DNA of 64,000 nucleotides from Spongospora subterranea f. sp. subterranea (Eukaryota), in NCBI GenBank assembly GCA_049724395.1, contig JAUGWO010000128.1, positions 124,001 to 188,000 of the forward strand, read 5' to 3'. The position numbers and the translations under genes were made by a program. This document shows, in pieces, positions 22,950-36,400 of the stretch (within the stretch, counting starts at the first letter, position 1; every line of letters begins with the position of its first letter). The notes below the pieces were generated by a model. It saw only the letters and a program-made list of their open reading frames with translations. It did not search any database and was not told the DNA's origin.

Positions 22950-24660
22950 CTAGTTTTGCAAATAAAAATGACACGTCGTACCGATTAATGAACGGAAATC
23001 GTCACGGCATCTATCGTCAGCATCGCCGCCCTGCGGTCGAAGCCAACGTAAGTACATGGGTGCGTTAATGTTCCTTGTGGTTCAAGAGTTCCATAAGTTT
23101 GGAAGAGCAGGCATCGCTCGTCGGGTAATGAAATATTGTCGGCTCGATCTGCTGTTCTATCAGCCAATATAGACATTGGGCTGCTGCCTGTTGGGCCAGC
23201 ACCGCTTGAAATCCGCGAATCCCTTCTGTGATGACCCGGGTCGACCACGCGACATCGCCGTTATCGGAGACGCCCGACGAGCAGGGGACATCATCATCGC
23301 CCGACACGTCTTGATCAGAGAAAATCCTGAGCAACAACAGAGAACTTCAACGCCGTCGCGAAAAGGACGTATCGGTGACATCGCGGATGGCAGCGCAAGA
23401 GGGGTTTTGCCCAAGGTCAACAGGCGTAGGGTTTCCCTCGTCGACCGTCTTTGATACACATCATGTGTCAACAAACCGCCCCGATTTGAAAACAGTCTTG
23501 GTGTCAGAACCAGCAATGATTATCAATAATTCAGCTTCATCATTAGTACCGAAAATATCCTTAAGTCGTCGTTAGTTTGGTAAATCTTTGTTAAAAACAA
23601 AGCATTCATAGATTCAGGAGCAACGGCAATCTTCATGGACAAAACGTTTCGCGGTCAACCACCGAATCTGCTCAGCAAGAGTGTTCGTTGCCATTCCTCT
23701 CGAAGTTATTGACGGTCGAAGGCTAGGTCCTACAGTATTACACGTGACTTTGCCGTATGATGTTATCAACTACTCAACGACATCAGCTTCACTACACCCT
23801 TCTATCTCATTGACTCCCCGGTGTCTCCTAATGTACTGGACGTCAACTAGCTGCGACAAACCAACCCTGAAATCAACTGGGACGCAGAAGAGATATGCAA
23901 CAGAATCGTGACTCCAGCTATGCAGTTATACAATTTCAAATGAAAGCTTCAACACTCAACAAGACCTAGCACCGCTTACTCGACAATTTGTAGAGTTCGC
24001 CGACGTTTTCGATCAATCCACTGCCGTCAAGGACCCAATCACCGAGATATCGATTGTGCCATCAACTTCAAGGACGACGGCGGAACCTTACCAAGCAAGT
24101 CTGCAGAACTCTGCGTGAATAAGTTCAGGAAAACCAGCAAAAGGGATTTATTCGTCATTCACAGTCACTTGTGGAGCCCCGATTCTTTCACAAGCAAGAA
24201 CGACAAAAGCTTACGATCATGCGTTGATCACAGGTAAACAACCTAGGTAACCAAGAAGCAACCCCACCCGCTTCCGGCGATTGGTCACATCTTACGCCAG
24301 CTCAGCGAAGCAAGAATCGTTCGATCTTCGTTGGGCGTATAACCTATTTCGTATCAAAAGGGCGACGAATGGAATACGACCTTTTAACTGTGAATATTGG
24401 GTCACTTCCAGTGCACTGCCATACCCTTCGGATTGGTGAACGCACCGGCACATGTTCAACGCCTCATGCACGAAACGTTTTAAGACTTCCCCGATAAATT
24501 CGTGGTAGCTTACTTCGACGATATTCTGATCTACAAGGTCCGTCGAGTCCCACGAGAGGGACGTTTAACGAGTGCCACAACGCCTACGAGAGACAAGGCT
24601 TTGTGTCAAACTTGAGAAGCGTGTTTTCGATTCGGACCAAGTCGACTATTTGATTTACAG
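22950..24660 (+). mobile_element. Degenerate Ty3/Gypsy LTR retrotransposon (gag-protease-RT remnant)
   Basis: Aspartic protease AFIDSGATAIFMD (~23602-23640). RT motifs EFADVFD, GFIRHSQS, KSLRSCVDHR, DLRWAYNLFRIK, GDEW, PFGLVNAPA, VVAYFDDILIY (YFDD at 24511-24522) and LCVKLEK. Many frameshifts and stops; no RNase H or integrase seen. Confidence 0.9.
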
Positions 24661-27260
24661 TAGGCGAGTATTAGTTACTCGTGGTCAAAGGTTCACTGAC
24701 TGTGAACAAGTTAGGGTATTCACTGCGATGTAAATGAAGCTTTCAGCCGCTTTTTGAAGTTACATATCACTGCATCTGCGTTGCATCGTTATATTATGGA
24801 AAGTTTCAAAAAATCAAGATACGTATTCAGAAAGCTGGACGAAAGTAACGTTCACAAAATAGTTTGTGTTGGTATCAATCAAGGCTCATCAATTCAGAGA
24901 TTCGCAGACCATCGCTGCGCTGTTGCACTCAGTTTTTCGCTGTTCATAAAGGCTGAGCGCAAGCTGGAGTGAGCACAAACGGATTTTCGCTTCGCTTGCC
25001 CATTACTGTTCACACTGGCTGATTATTGGCGATTGCATCTTGTCCTAATCTTTGTGCCCAAACCACCTTCCTGGCAGAGCTCTTCAAGCTGGCATTGAAT
25101 GAAACTCCAGCGATGGCTATCATGCATTGAAGGCAAAATTCATGAAATTTCGGTTGTTACTGTGACTTTGATTGAAATTTTTGTGAAAAGAGCAAGGTGT
25201 GGCTGACGAAACCTTCATATCAGCCGATACGTTTCGTTGTCATCTGACAGCAACAGTTAGGTCGCGAGAACTGGTGTTAGCTGGGAACTATGGCAATGGT
25301 AATGGATATCCTACATAGCTCGGGTCTGTCATTTTTCAGGGTCAAAGGTAAAGTGATGAACCACCCGAGATTGATTACAAGGAGGCGTTAACTGATTGGA
25401 CTGCTGCTCTTAGTTTATTGTCCACTGAATATTGATATTCTTGAACACCTGCACCTCTACATTGCTAAAGCTGCTTAAAAAATGCTGTGCTAGATGTAGT
25501 CTATCATAATTCCATTACTCTTAGCGGGAGTCAATGGACGGGAAATGATTGAAGTACTAACTCGAAATTTGGTGTATCTTTTATTTGAAAGTGAACGCCT
25601 TTACTTTTCGGCCATTCAGGTCTCCCTCATCAACACGCAGGAAACTGACGACACGGAGTTCGATGAATGGATCAGCACGACTGTTGTCTTCATGCGTGAA
25701 ATCATCCAGCTGCAGTTCGGCCCCAGGTCGAATTCCATCGGCAGTCATGTTGTGAATCAGCTGGTTTGTCGTCAACCCTGATCGTCGCTCCCCTGACCTG
25801 ACAACCTATAGGTGGCCGACCGCGCTGCCGGTTCCGAATCAATCCGTCACGACGCCATGTTGTCTGGGGACTACCCGCGCGTCATCGCCTATGATGACGT
25901 TCGCGCGTTCAGGCAGCCAGTCCTGGATTTGGACGCTGAACATGTTACAAGCTGGTGGGGATTACGCTCCCGATAGCGTTACCACTTCACCTTCCAGTAA
26001 TACTGCGTTATGGGCATAGGACTGGCAAGCGAACAGTTCATCAAGTTGCCGCGTCGACGTCTAACAACGATTCATTTGTATCCGCTTCGTACTATAACCA
26101 CGGTGAATGTCCTCGTTACCTACGCGTCCCGTGTTTCTGTAGTGGGCGGATACGTTGCGTTCATGTTGCAATCGGTTACACCCTAGAGCTGAATGTCACA
26201 TACCCTCGACTGGTACGGCCTCATATCGATCATATACAGACATGATGGAAGATGTGCCAGAATTGCGTGATAATGCTGTAGATTGTGTTCGTTACCAGGT
26301 CAGTTGAAGTCCCATCGCCATTTTCCCTTCTTCGTTACTGGTTTATCTATTCAATGGTTCTGCCTGTCACCGTTTTGTTATTTATCTGTTTGTGGAACAG
26401 TGGAAGTTTACGATCATCCGATCAGGAATTCTATGCTTACTTAATCATCGTTCTGATGGACCTAGATTGAGAAATGTGATTCGTTGGAAACGATACAAAA
26501 CATCGTCGACGTTGATTCGGTACGTTTTTATTGTCGAACATCGAATATGCCGCGTAAATTTTGGTTGATAGGGGTTCGTTGGTGTCGCTGACTTTGTTCT
26601 TCAAGAGGTTAGAGATGAATTTTGCAGCTCTCGCCAGCGAATGATAACATGGACTGCAACAAATCCGCTGACGACAGCGCCATCTGGCCATCATATAGTC
26701 AACAGTCTGATTGGCCTTTCTAAAATGTATCCACTTTCTGACTTGATCATTCCCGACACCCATCAATTCGGATGCGACCTTAAGGTCATCGATATGCGTG
26801 CCAAGTGTCAGATGTGCATGGCTGATATTACTGATTAGATGGCACCTGCGATGCAAGCATTGGCTATCCATACTGGATCTCTGTGCTATCGTCTTGCGCA
26901 TAGCTCGTTTTCCAGCGCCAATTTGATTAATCGCGTTGTAACTAACCCATCGCTTAAATTCGCATCTCTTGGCGCATCATTATCGGGTATGTTCTTATCT
27001 ACCATCACCTGGAGTGCTTTTGTTCCACGATTAAGTTGCTGATGTTGGCAAAGGTTCATATATTCGATTAAGATGCATACCAACAAAAATTTTTTCCTTC
27101 GATGTCGTTTTCTAGTTCTTTGATCTATTCATCTTTGTGATTCTGAAATTGTTTGAAAGGGCCGATAGAATGCCAATCGGCAGTATCGTCGTCGTATCGA
27201 ATCGCAACCAATGCTGCCAATGGCATTATAGGTGTAGATTGCTCTATATCCGATTCAACT

Positions 27261-27761
27261 ATGTTGCCGCCCGAATCGCCGCTAGCACCACAGCAGCCTC
27301 CCGGAGCCCAACGTGCGCGTTCTAGTCGACCTGTTTCGTGCAGCGCCTCAGCTGAATGGACCAGCGCAGGTAATGGAGCTTTGTCAACCGTTTTTATGAT
27401 GCTGGGTTAGCACCCCATAGATATTTTCGATGCGTTTAGTCAAAGCACCATATATTTACTCCACCCCTAAGTTGGTTCATTTTTCATCCTCCTTAATCTG
27501 AAAGCCGTATTTTTCTCGTCCAATTGCTTTGTGACCCGCTTTTGTCCGGTTAATGTCACATACTGTTCTTTTGCAGTTTACAATGTCTCATTGACATTTC
27601 GCTATGCAGAACCACTACATAATCTGATTACGTCATGGGCTCATGATATGTCGGCATTGCGTCGACGTGACCCATCTCGTCTACTTTCCGAATACGGTAT
27701 TGACTCTGAGACATGGGAAGACGCCGCAGAGTTTTACATCGGCCTTGCACAAGAACAATAA
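27261..27761 (+). CDS. Small hypothetical protein (~86 aa), 2 exons
   Basis: ATG 27261 gives MLPPESPLAPQQ...EWTSA. A GTAATG...TATGCAG intron (~27370-27608) joins it in frame to EPLHNLITSWAHDMSALRRRDPSRLLSEYGIDSETWEDAAEFYIGLAQEQ*. Confidence 0.55.
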
Positions 27762-27986
27762 ACTAAGTTAAGCCGCTTTGAACAACTAGCGCCAAGTTAG
27801 ATTATTTATTCTCCTGCGTGTCTCTCGCGAAAGCTCTGCTATTGTTAACATCGAATTGATGAATTTTGCACTTTTCAAGGGACTGTTTCTGAAAACGTCA
27901 TTGTTTCTCGAAGTTTCGCTTTATGCAAAAATGATTCGGAGGTCGACTGTATGAATGTTTCATTAATTCATATCGGCTTTATGCTG

Positions 27987-30500
27987 TTACTTCAAATTTA
28001 AGGTGAATTGATCGAATTTCTTGGCGATATCCGGGACATCAAGCGCCAGGTCTGGAAGCCTTGACCGGATTAGCGCGATTCCTTTTTTAACAATATCTGG
28101 ATTCATTCCGACCAACAGGTCATGGACCTTGGCAACGCCCTCCGGCGACGAACTCGCCACCACAAACATGCGCTTGATCAAGGTCGGACCCAACGATGCG
28201 TGCCTCAAAACCCGGATCGCTAGTTCTTTATTCCCGTCCAGAAGATAGTAATTGGCGATCGACGACATCACCTCCTAGCATTCGGCATATGGAATTCAAT
28301 GAAAACGCAAACGTTTTGAACAACGAAGAATTGAAATCAGCGTAAGAAATACTGTTAAAACAAGGTACGATCAATAGAAGGCCTAAATCCCTTCTAATAG
28401 CATAACGCGATGTTTCCGATGATCGGCAAAAAGATTTACCTTCAGTTCACTGGAAAGAAATGGATTCCAGATGTTAGAGGCGAATATGCCAGATGACGGC
28501 ATCGACAGAACGTCTTGCGCTTGCTCAATCGCCTAAAAAGACAAATCGAAAAGAATCAACATATTGATAAGCCTGATACGGTTCGTCGAAAGAAACGCAT
28601 TACTAGCCAAGAACAAGACAAGACGGAGCACTGGTACTGAAAGTGCAAAAAAAGCGTCCATGAGGCAACTGCGGTATACGTACAAACTTTCAATGGTGCG
28701 TACAACAAAGCAAACTAGGCAAGACGCTACAATCTTTTTCATGATTTACCTGTTTACCAAGATCGTGCATTTTCAGTCCCATAAGTGACCGGGTGGCAAA
28801 GGATGGAGGAAGAACTTCATCGAAAATAGCGCGCACCAAAAAACACTCCATAAAGGTAACTACTTCGGGGATATCGTCGACAACATCTTCCATGCCTTCT
28901 AGCAGTTGTTGAAATCCCTATAACAGCATGATTACATTAACAATAACATGAATGCTACCACTTGTAGCGACCATAAAACGAATGGAAGAATATAGCGACA
29001 AAAAAATAGCATCCACATTTAGTACCTTCTGGATTTCAATTTGGTTCTCAGGAGTCGCCAAGAACGCCAGCAGCACGGATGCCGATTCTCGTTGGGGGCC
29101 GCCGCTGATAACGTTGAATGCGAGGAAAGGAATTGCAATCAAGCCATACCGGTCCATGGAAACGTAGATTACTGATTTGACGAACTGATGAAAAAATTCC
29201 GGAGGAATATGACACTTCTTTAACGCCAGTTCAGCCTCCTAATCAAAATCCGTTGGAGGACGATGAAGTGTAAACTTAAACAATAAAGTACCTCAACGTC
29301 TTGGTCACTGCAAAAATAGTCGTCGACAATTTTGGCGGTAACGACCTTCAGCCGAGCTACTTCTTCTGGACGAGAAACAATATCAGCGCCCTAAAAAACC
29401 ACCAGCTCGAAATTAAACACTCAGCAGTCAATGAATTTCAGAATAAAATCAAGCTTGAACGAGTGATATTGAATTGGTTTGTTAGTTAGCACACATATTT
29501 TGACTTGACGTAACGGAGATAAATTAAAAAAGATAAAAAAAAGTTAACGATTAGAATAAAGCAACTACCTGACACATTTGTTGCGCAGCCGCATTGTCGC
29601 AATAGCCATTCGTAACCGCTCTCCTGAGGAATTCACGCAACAGCTCCGACGCGTGTGGGACATCGACTGATTCAAATAACAAGTGGTTCATTGGTGCATC
29701 ATATGATTGATAGATTCAGGTGTTTACGGGTTAAGTCATGAAGGCGATTGAAAAGACTCTGAAAAGCGAATTCAACTTGACTTTTGGATAACCGGGACGT
29801 GTGCACAAGATGGCGTAGCAAGTCGGACACTGCGACACGTTTATCGGCACTAAGATCCAGTCCCATGGATAAAATACACTAATCGCACATCAGCAAAAGC
29901 AAGAAGCGTTGAACTCAACTAAGCAAAGAGCCAGGGCATAAGAGCTACCAATGAACTATAGTGCATTGATAAACGCAGTAAAAAACAGTAGTAATATATA
30001 TGTAGTAGGCATTTGGGCGAATGAAAAACGGAAGCATAGAAAAAAACCGAAACCAGTGTTCAAATGTGTCAGATCAACACAATCGCTGCGTCACTGAATA
30101 GTCAAGTTGCTAACACAGATATACCTTTGGGATTTCAGTAGCGGTTTGCAGATCCACGAGTTGGTCAACGACTTGGTCGAATTCGTCCTTATTCAAGTTG
30201 GAGATATATGCTAACGTCGCATTTACGATTGTCGATTTCACAATTTCCAGAGGCTTCGGAGCACCGGAATTTCTTTGTGACCGCACGTTGTGGCAAGGCG
30301 AAAAATTTCCGAGCTTCACGCTAAGAGCCGTCTCATGAATACACAGGACTAATTCAAAATACAAAAGATGTTTACGTTGTGTCGCATTCCGGGTCAAAGT
30401 TGGGGTCAGCTTCATCAAGAGCGTAGGAAATGTCCTTATCATTATCGAAAAGCTCTGAGTCGCGACGGTTGGGTGAAACACGGATCGAGTTGCGCTTCAT
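27987..30500 (-). CDS. PDCD4-like / MA3 (MI) domain translation regulator, multi-exon
   Basis: N-terminal ALDEADPNFDPE resembles PDCD4 DxxDPNYD. MA3 signatures are MEDVVDDIPEVVTFMECFLVRAIFDEVLPPSF and GIALIRSRLPDLALDVPDIAKKFDQF. Start MKRNSIRVSP at 30500 is inferred. Confidence 0.8.
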
Positions 30501-30539
30501 TCAGTTGCTGTCGATTACCGGGCGCTAATACGTCAGACG

Positions 30540-30760
30540 GGCGGCCGATAACTGATGCAGCGAAACGCGACCGACCTGCCTTTCACGCCAACTGTACAAT
30601 CAGGAGGAGATATCGGAATGAGATCACCAATCAAACAGCGTTCCAGTCCTGACGTCCGCGGCTACTGGAACACTGTAGCGTGTAGAGTGCATACGGCTTA
30701 CACGGGGGGTCAGGTCAGGACTCATCAGGTCTCAGGTGCTGCTCACGTACACGTAGGGCT
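30540..30760 (+). mobile_element. Short decayed Ty3/Gypsy reverse-transcriptase fragment
   Basis: RPITDAAKRDRPAF, then PDVRGYWNTV and HTAYTGG. These match the order of RT motifs LNxxTxxDxxPLP, DLRSGYWQV and KTAFxT. Confidence 0.4.
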
Positions 30761-33025
30761 GCACCATGTAATCCATAGGAACACTCCAATCAGTTGCCAC
30801 GAATTCCGAGAAGTCAAATCTGTCAACAGGGCCCGGGAGAATTGTGCGTTTGTCGAGAAAGTACTGTAGTGTGCGAATACACAAGTACTGTACACACAAT
30901 ATGATCAGATGGCGGTGCGTTTTCAGCCAAAGCTGCAACTTCAGTACATCGAGCTGAGAGAACATGTTCCCGACCCACAGCTGCTGCCCTGCAAACTCGC
31001 AACTCTTCCGTTGCGCCGTTCCATGCTCAACATGACTGGGCCCCTGAACTTGCTCTCTCATGTCACGCTATCAGATACACATCCGCTCATCGATCGATCA
31101 CATCAGCCGTCAGCCGCGATCTTCTCAGTACATGCCTTGGTTACAGTGGGAAAAGAAGGAACATTATTGTCGTATTGAACGACTTGAAAATTCGTCAAAT
31201 CGTGAGAGTGGATTTCGGCCGCAATGGCAACCCATGTACAGTCGTCCATCTCTCTCTTGGCTGTCAATTCGTTGAAGTTCTTTATTCAATAGCAAATACA
31301 CTTTCATTTTGGTTCCGACAAGGTTTGAGCCGACTTGTTGACATTCTCTTGATGTCTTCAACACTGCCATAAGTTTTTTTGATGTGCGATCGCCGATCAG
31401 CATCAAATGGTTTTCTTTATGATCTTCAGTAGTGGCAATCTGAATAGGCGACATCTGTTATCACAACAATGGTGCCTTTAGGTTCCATTTTCATTACACT
31501 TTCTATGCATTCGAAGTTTGATCTCTAACAACTTTTGAAATCGAACTCTTGCTGAACGATCGCTTCGCGATTTCCGTGACCTTCTTGCTCCGAACATCGT
31601 TGATGATTTTCACATATAATCTTCAAATGCGCAATAGATGGATTGACTCTGCAAGCAACCCACCTCAGCATTGTATTTTGGCTACCATAAGCGATCTCAG
31701 AGGTGGAGCGTATTGTAGTAAGCTCCTCGCCATGGCTGGGCGAGAATGTTGCGTTGCTAAATATGGGTGTTCACATCCAGATTGAAATATTGTGGTGAAT
31801 GACTGTTCTCAGCAATATTCCGCTTTGTCGTTTGTGATTTGGGTATTTCCTTTGACTGTTACAAAGGAGTATAAGTATTTTTGACACTGCTTTTAATAGA
31901 ATTTGAATACGAAAAACTTTACACAAACACACACCCACGTTTTCCTTCCAAACTCTCATAAAGGCGGTTTAGTATTGCGGTGAACGGCATCACAATTACT
32001 GAGTTTGGAATTTTTGAAACTTTAGCCTACGCCAAAAAATACTTTCATTTCGAATTTTGACGAACCAGTAGCAAGAGATGTTCAGTTTCAACGCTCATAC
32101 TGTTGGATTTGGACTCAAATAGGAAGGCGCTCTGATCGGGTACCGCCTTCCATTTATCGTGTTGTAGTGGGAAAAGCCCCATTTTGGATCTGGGGAACTA
32201 CGATGAAAAACGTGGTATGGCTCAACGACAGACCGGACTCTGAAAAATCTCAGTGCGTTAAAAGTGTTCAGACCTACATGTATTTGGTCATGAAATGTTC
32301 TCTCGCGGTCATTGGACAGGCCCATGCCTTCTTCTGGCTCATGTGTTTTTGAATTGGCCCGTCAAAAGACGGTCGTTATTTTTCCATCAGGGAGAGGTAT
32401 ATTGTTTCAGCTTTTCTATTGCCTGTTTCTACTTTCCCATAGCCGTAGCGATCTTTGGTAAAGCACGAACGAGGGCGGGCCGATGTCTGTACATTTTCAT
32501 GCATTGTACAATACTCTACATCAGACAGCACGCAATACAAGATGTCGGGGTTTTCGGGAACATCTTCTCGAAAGGTGTTCCATAGCGAGGTAGAAAGATA
32601 CGCTGCTGTCAAACTGCTCTGACCACGACCTTTTCAAGATTCCAGCTAGCATAATTCTTGCCATGGTCTTTGAGGAACAGCCGATGCATTCCATCTTTTC
32701 GTTTTGAGCTTGTCGTTGAGAAACGCTTCGCTCGTGATGCATGCCATTGCGCTTGGAACATCCTAACAATTTTGGCATGCACGTTGATGGGCATCAACCT
32801 GTTGGCGGAGCGACGAATTGCTCGCAGAGATGGAGGAATACCTAAGCCGGATTTATCAGCAAGTCGGTGCTGACTGTGAATCAGCACAAGGATTCGAAAG
32901 TCTGTCGAAAACAGAAAATGGACCCTAGTTCCAGCCAAGCTTAAAGAATACAGTACAATACCGATAAATTTACCATACGGAAGAGATGGTTTAATGTTAC
33001 ATGCGATAATCCAGGATAAAACACG

Positions 33026-34299
33026 TCAACGGCGAGGACTTCGAGAGCGATCACGGCGGTAACCACTGCTCTGGCGATAGTCTCCTGAACTTCGGCTCCC
33101 GCTAACTTGACTATGGGGTGGCCGGTCGCGCCCTCCATACCCGTAGTCGTCATTGTACGCTTCATAACGGCCTTGACTACTTGCTCGATCATCCCCATTG
33201 CGAAACTCCCGATCACGAGGACCTGGGCCACTTCCCGACCGGGAATCCCGCCCCGACGGTTCCCTGCGCTCGTTCTGGTCCTCCCTCTCGTTGTAGCCGC
33301 CACCCCGGCCTGTCCGTTTTTCAGCGGGTCGTGCCGGGGGCTTGGGCGTACTACATCTATTACATGCCGCACGGCGACCCCAGTTAAGGTTAGAACAAGT
33401 CATACACGTCCAGTCGTCCTGAGCATTGGGGCCGGCCCCGGCCTGGGCAGGGCCTGGACCAGGTGCCTGAAAGCTGCCGCCACCAACTGGCTTTGGAGCA
33501 TGGCATTTGAAGCACTCAATCCTCTTGGCGAAATTGAGGCTGGAGCATTTGGAGCAGTCCCATTCACCAGACCCATTACCGCCACCTCGGGCAACGCCGC
33601 CTGGTCGCGCGCCGGAACGAGATGGTGGGGGAGGTGGCCGATTAAACTGGCCTAAGTTCATCATTTCAGATTGGCGAAAACAAACAGCATGGTGGGGATA
33701 TTACCTCGGTTATCGTATGGCATCTCTTCAACAGGGGGGCCAGATGATTGCCTATCGTTCCCACCATACCTATTATCACTATCCGCATACCCTGGACGTC
33801 CTGAACAAAAAACGCACTTGATAAGCAAGAAGGGAAACGCGAGTAGGAGAGCTTGCTACCGTAAGCACCAGAATCCCTATCGGGTCGGGGCGGAGGTGCT
33901 CCACGACCACCTCTGCTAGGCGGTGCGTTCCACTCTTTTTCTTCTGCTAGCTGACTACGTAGCCATGATCAACACACAATATTTTTTGCAATCGAAAAAC
34001 CATAGCATCACATACACAGTCAGTCGCTGGCCCATAAATTCTGTTCCATTGAACCAATCCACTGCAGCGCTGGCTGCACTCGGATCTTCAAAGGTCACTG
34101 TCCCGTCGCCTTTTGGGGTGTTGGTGACCTTGTCATTATAAATATATATCTTTGCATCGCCCGTTCTTTTATCAGTTTTGATACGCCCAATGCTGCCAAA
34201 TTTGTCGGCAACGGCTTTTGTGGTGACAGAAGATGTCAATCCTGTGATATATATCGTGGGATTTTGCGATGCTGGCCTAAGCAACAGCTTGGAGGACAT
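33026..34299 (-). CDS. FET-family (TAF15/FUS/EWS/cabeza-like) RNA-binding protein: RRM, RGG, two RanBP2 zinc fingers, RS tail
   Basis: RRM with the FET-type loop FGSIGRIKTDKRTGDAKIYIYNDKVTNTPKGDGTVTFEDPSAASAAVDWFNG. Fingers WDCSKCSSLNFAKRIECFKC and WTCMTCSNLNWGRRAACNRC. C-terminus RDRSRSPRR. The exact start is uncertain. Confidence 0.9.
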
Positions 34300-34839
34300 T
34301 ATTATCCGATGCCGCTGCCGAGATCGTTGACACGATGAAGTCGATAAGGCTAATGCGGCAAGTCCGAACGGTCAAGCCGTGTATCTATGTGAAACTTGTC
34401 GGATATGGTTGCGCCAGATTGGTTGGGGTGGCGGTAGGTTTGTTAAACCACCACGGAGCAAGTTAATACCATGCCGCCGAGGCGCTAAAACGGTAGTGAG
34501 GGCTAGATTCATTCTCTGTCGACTTTATTCTGTAATAACAACCAAAGCGACGCCTGGTTTGATAGCATTTGCCAATCAATAGAATATCTCATCAGCAACA
34601 TCATTAGCCTTGACGAACTTGATTCGTCGCTGACCCAATCCATAGTCCGATTCAAATTCGGCAGCCGCTCTTTTCGGCAAGGAGTGGTCCTGGCTTATGA
34701 TCGGGTAGGTCGCCGGTGCTGCTTTTGTCTGATTTGCGCCCCCATCGAGAAGGACTTCAACATAAACTGCTTGCATGTAGTTCTACCCGCTCTTCCAATG
34801 CATTGTCTAGCCTTCAAACAGTCTGCTTGGTCTGGAATC

Positions 34840-35330
34840 AAAAATAAGGACTTCTGCAGCATTATCGCCACGCGTCCTTCTCGTGAAATTGGAAGCTTTC
34901 ATAATTTTGAGCGGAGAGTATTCCTTCGAACGCGTTGTCGGTATTTTTCTCCAATGAGGCTGAATCGTCAGCAAGTAAAAGGTTCTCATTCCATCGCTAC
35001 AAAAATCGACTTGAGAAACGGCTACTGGACCCCAAGGCAATCCACGACCCTAGGCGCAGTGCATGCTGTCAAGCCCAAGGGTCGTCTTCAACACTCTCAA
35101 AAAAGGAACTGCTGGTAATTATGATTTGTATCTAATCAGCACCTCTATTTACGTTCCAGTAGCCGTTTCTTAAGTCAATTTTTTCGCACACCTGACGCCC
35201 GCAGAACGACTTGCACCCTCCATCAGACATATACCCGGTGGTGTAATCCGAAATCGACTGGGCGTTTTCAGTGACGGACCAAACGTGCGTAGTTTCCGGG
35301 ACCGGGGTTTTTTGAAGGTACTTTGACATA
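34840..35330. mobile_element. Two converging Ty3/Gypsy RT fragments in opposite orientation
   Basis: The + strand gives IRTSAALSPRVLLVK and QVKGSHSIATKIDLRNGYW. The - strand gives KIDLRNGYWNV. Both match the RT motif KIDLRSGYWQV and create a ~28 bp inverted repeat (~35001-35029 / ~35155-35183). Confidence 0.6.
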
Positions 35331-35699
35331 AACAGCTGCTCAGTGTCCGGGTATTTTCAACCGGATCTTTTCAACCTTCTCTCAATGGAAGTACATCAGC
35401 AATGAAGATCTAGATTTGGGGTAGCCAGATAAAAGGCAATTAGAGACTATAATTAGTGGATTCTTTGAAACTGGATATTTTACTAATTGCCCATCTTTCC
35501 CCAAAAATTCGCATTTCCGGAAATGCGTGGGTGCGGCATCATTGAACAATCGAGAGATTTCTCGAATTGATGGAGATCAAGAAGGAGAAGAAGACCAAAG
35601 ATGGTCGGAGGCACAGGAAACAATTCTGATTGAGTGCTATTGAGCAACCAACCTTGACTCAAGGTAAAAAACATATGGATCGAGTGACATCGCCTTCCA

Positions 35700-36400
35700 G
35701 GTTCAAGTCGGAGGCCGACAAAATCAAAATCAAGTTTGCAGGATGGACGAGCATTATCACGCTGTATTCGAGGGCAAGCGATAACGCAAGTTGATGTTTC
35801 AAACTGTCAGGTTGTGGCACACATCGCATGTTATATTGTTTAATTCTAACCTCAATCTTCTAGTCTAAGTTTTCAAGGCTGAAGGCCATTTACATGGGAT
35901 GTAAGTGGCTAATGTCACTGCCCGGGTCCGCTGCCTGGGCGACCGACGCCATTGATGACCAGTGGCTGGAATTTGGTTCCAACAAAGCCCATAATCAAGC
36001 GCGGTTGTTTCAGACGGTCAATGCCAATTCCTATTGCAATGCATTGGCACAATTACTGCCAATGCCAATGGAGTTAGCCTAGACGATGGGAGTTCCGATG
36101 TGGATAGCTGCAGACCGATTGACATCAGTAACGATGGGTAAGAGAGGTGCAAGGGACAAGCTATGGTGGACGCTGGGCCGGTGCTGGCGTGCCGCATGTC
36201 TATTCGTTTGTTGTCGATCCGCCGATGGAACAATCTCAAAAAAGTGGATGTTACTCTATTGAAGCCCACTCTGTTTCAGTTCTACCAACAAGTAGAGGAT
36301 TTGCAATGCTTGAACTTGGTACCAATTTCAATATTCAATTCGATGAGCACACCAATTTTCCCATTCAAATGTGTGCGCTGATAAGATGCTAGGTACCTCT
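35700..36400 (+). mobile_element. Possible decayed hAT-like transposase fragment
   Basis: Broken frames give FAGWTS, WLEFG...H, GTITANAN and VPHVYSFVV, in the order of hAT motifs DGWTS, LxF..H, TTDNASN and CxAHxLNLxV. The similarity is weak. Confidence 0.3.

Noticed and set aside
24950..27100. Short ORFs with SWIM-like (CFC...CVH) and MULE-like (LHRRCHLISNI) fragments
   Set aside because: Fragmentary, on both strands, with no coherent model. Probably TE debris but unassignable.
30760..32900. Scattered ORFs, one with LWNTF...SDVEYC, reminiscent of DNA-transposon Cys motifs
   Set aside because: No convincing catalytic motifs or splice structure.
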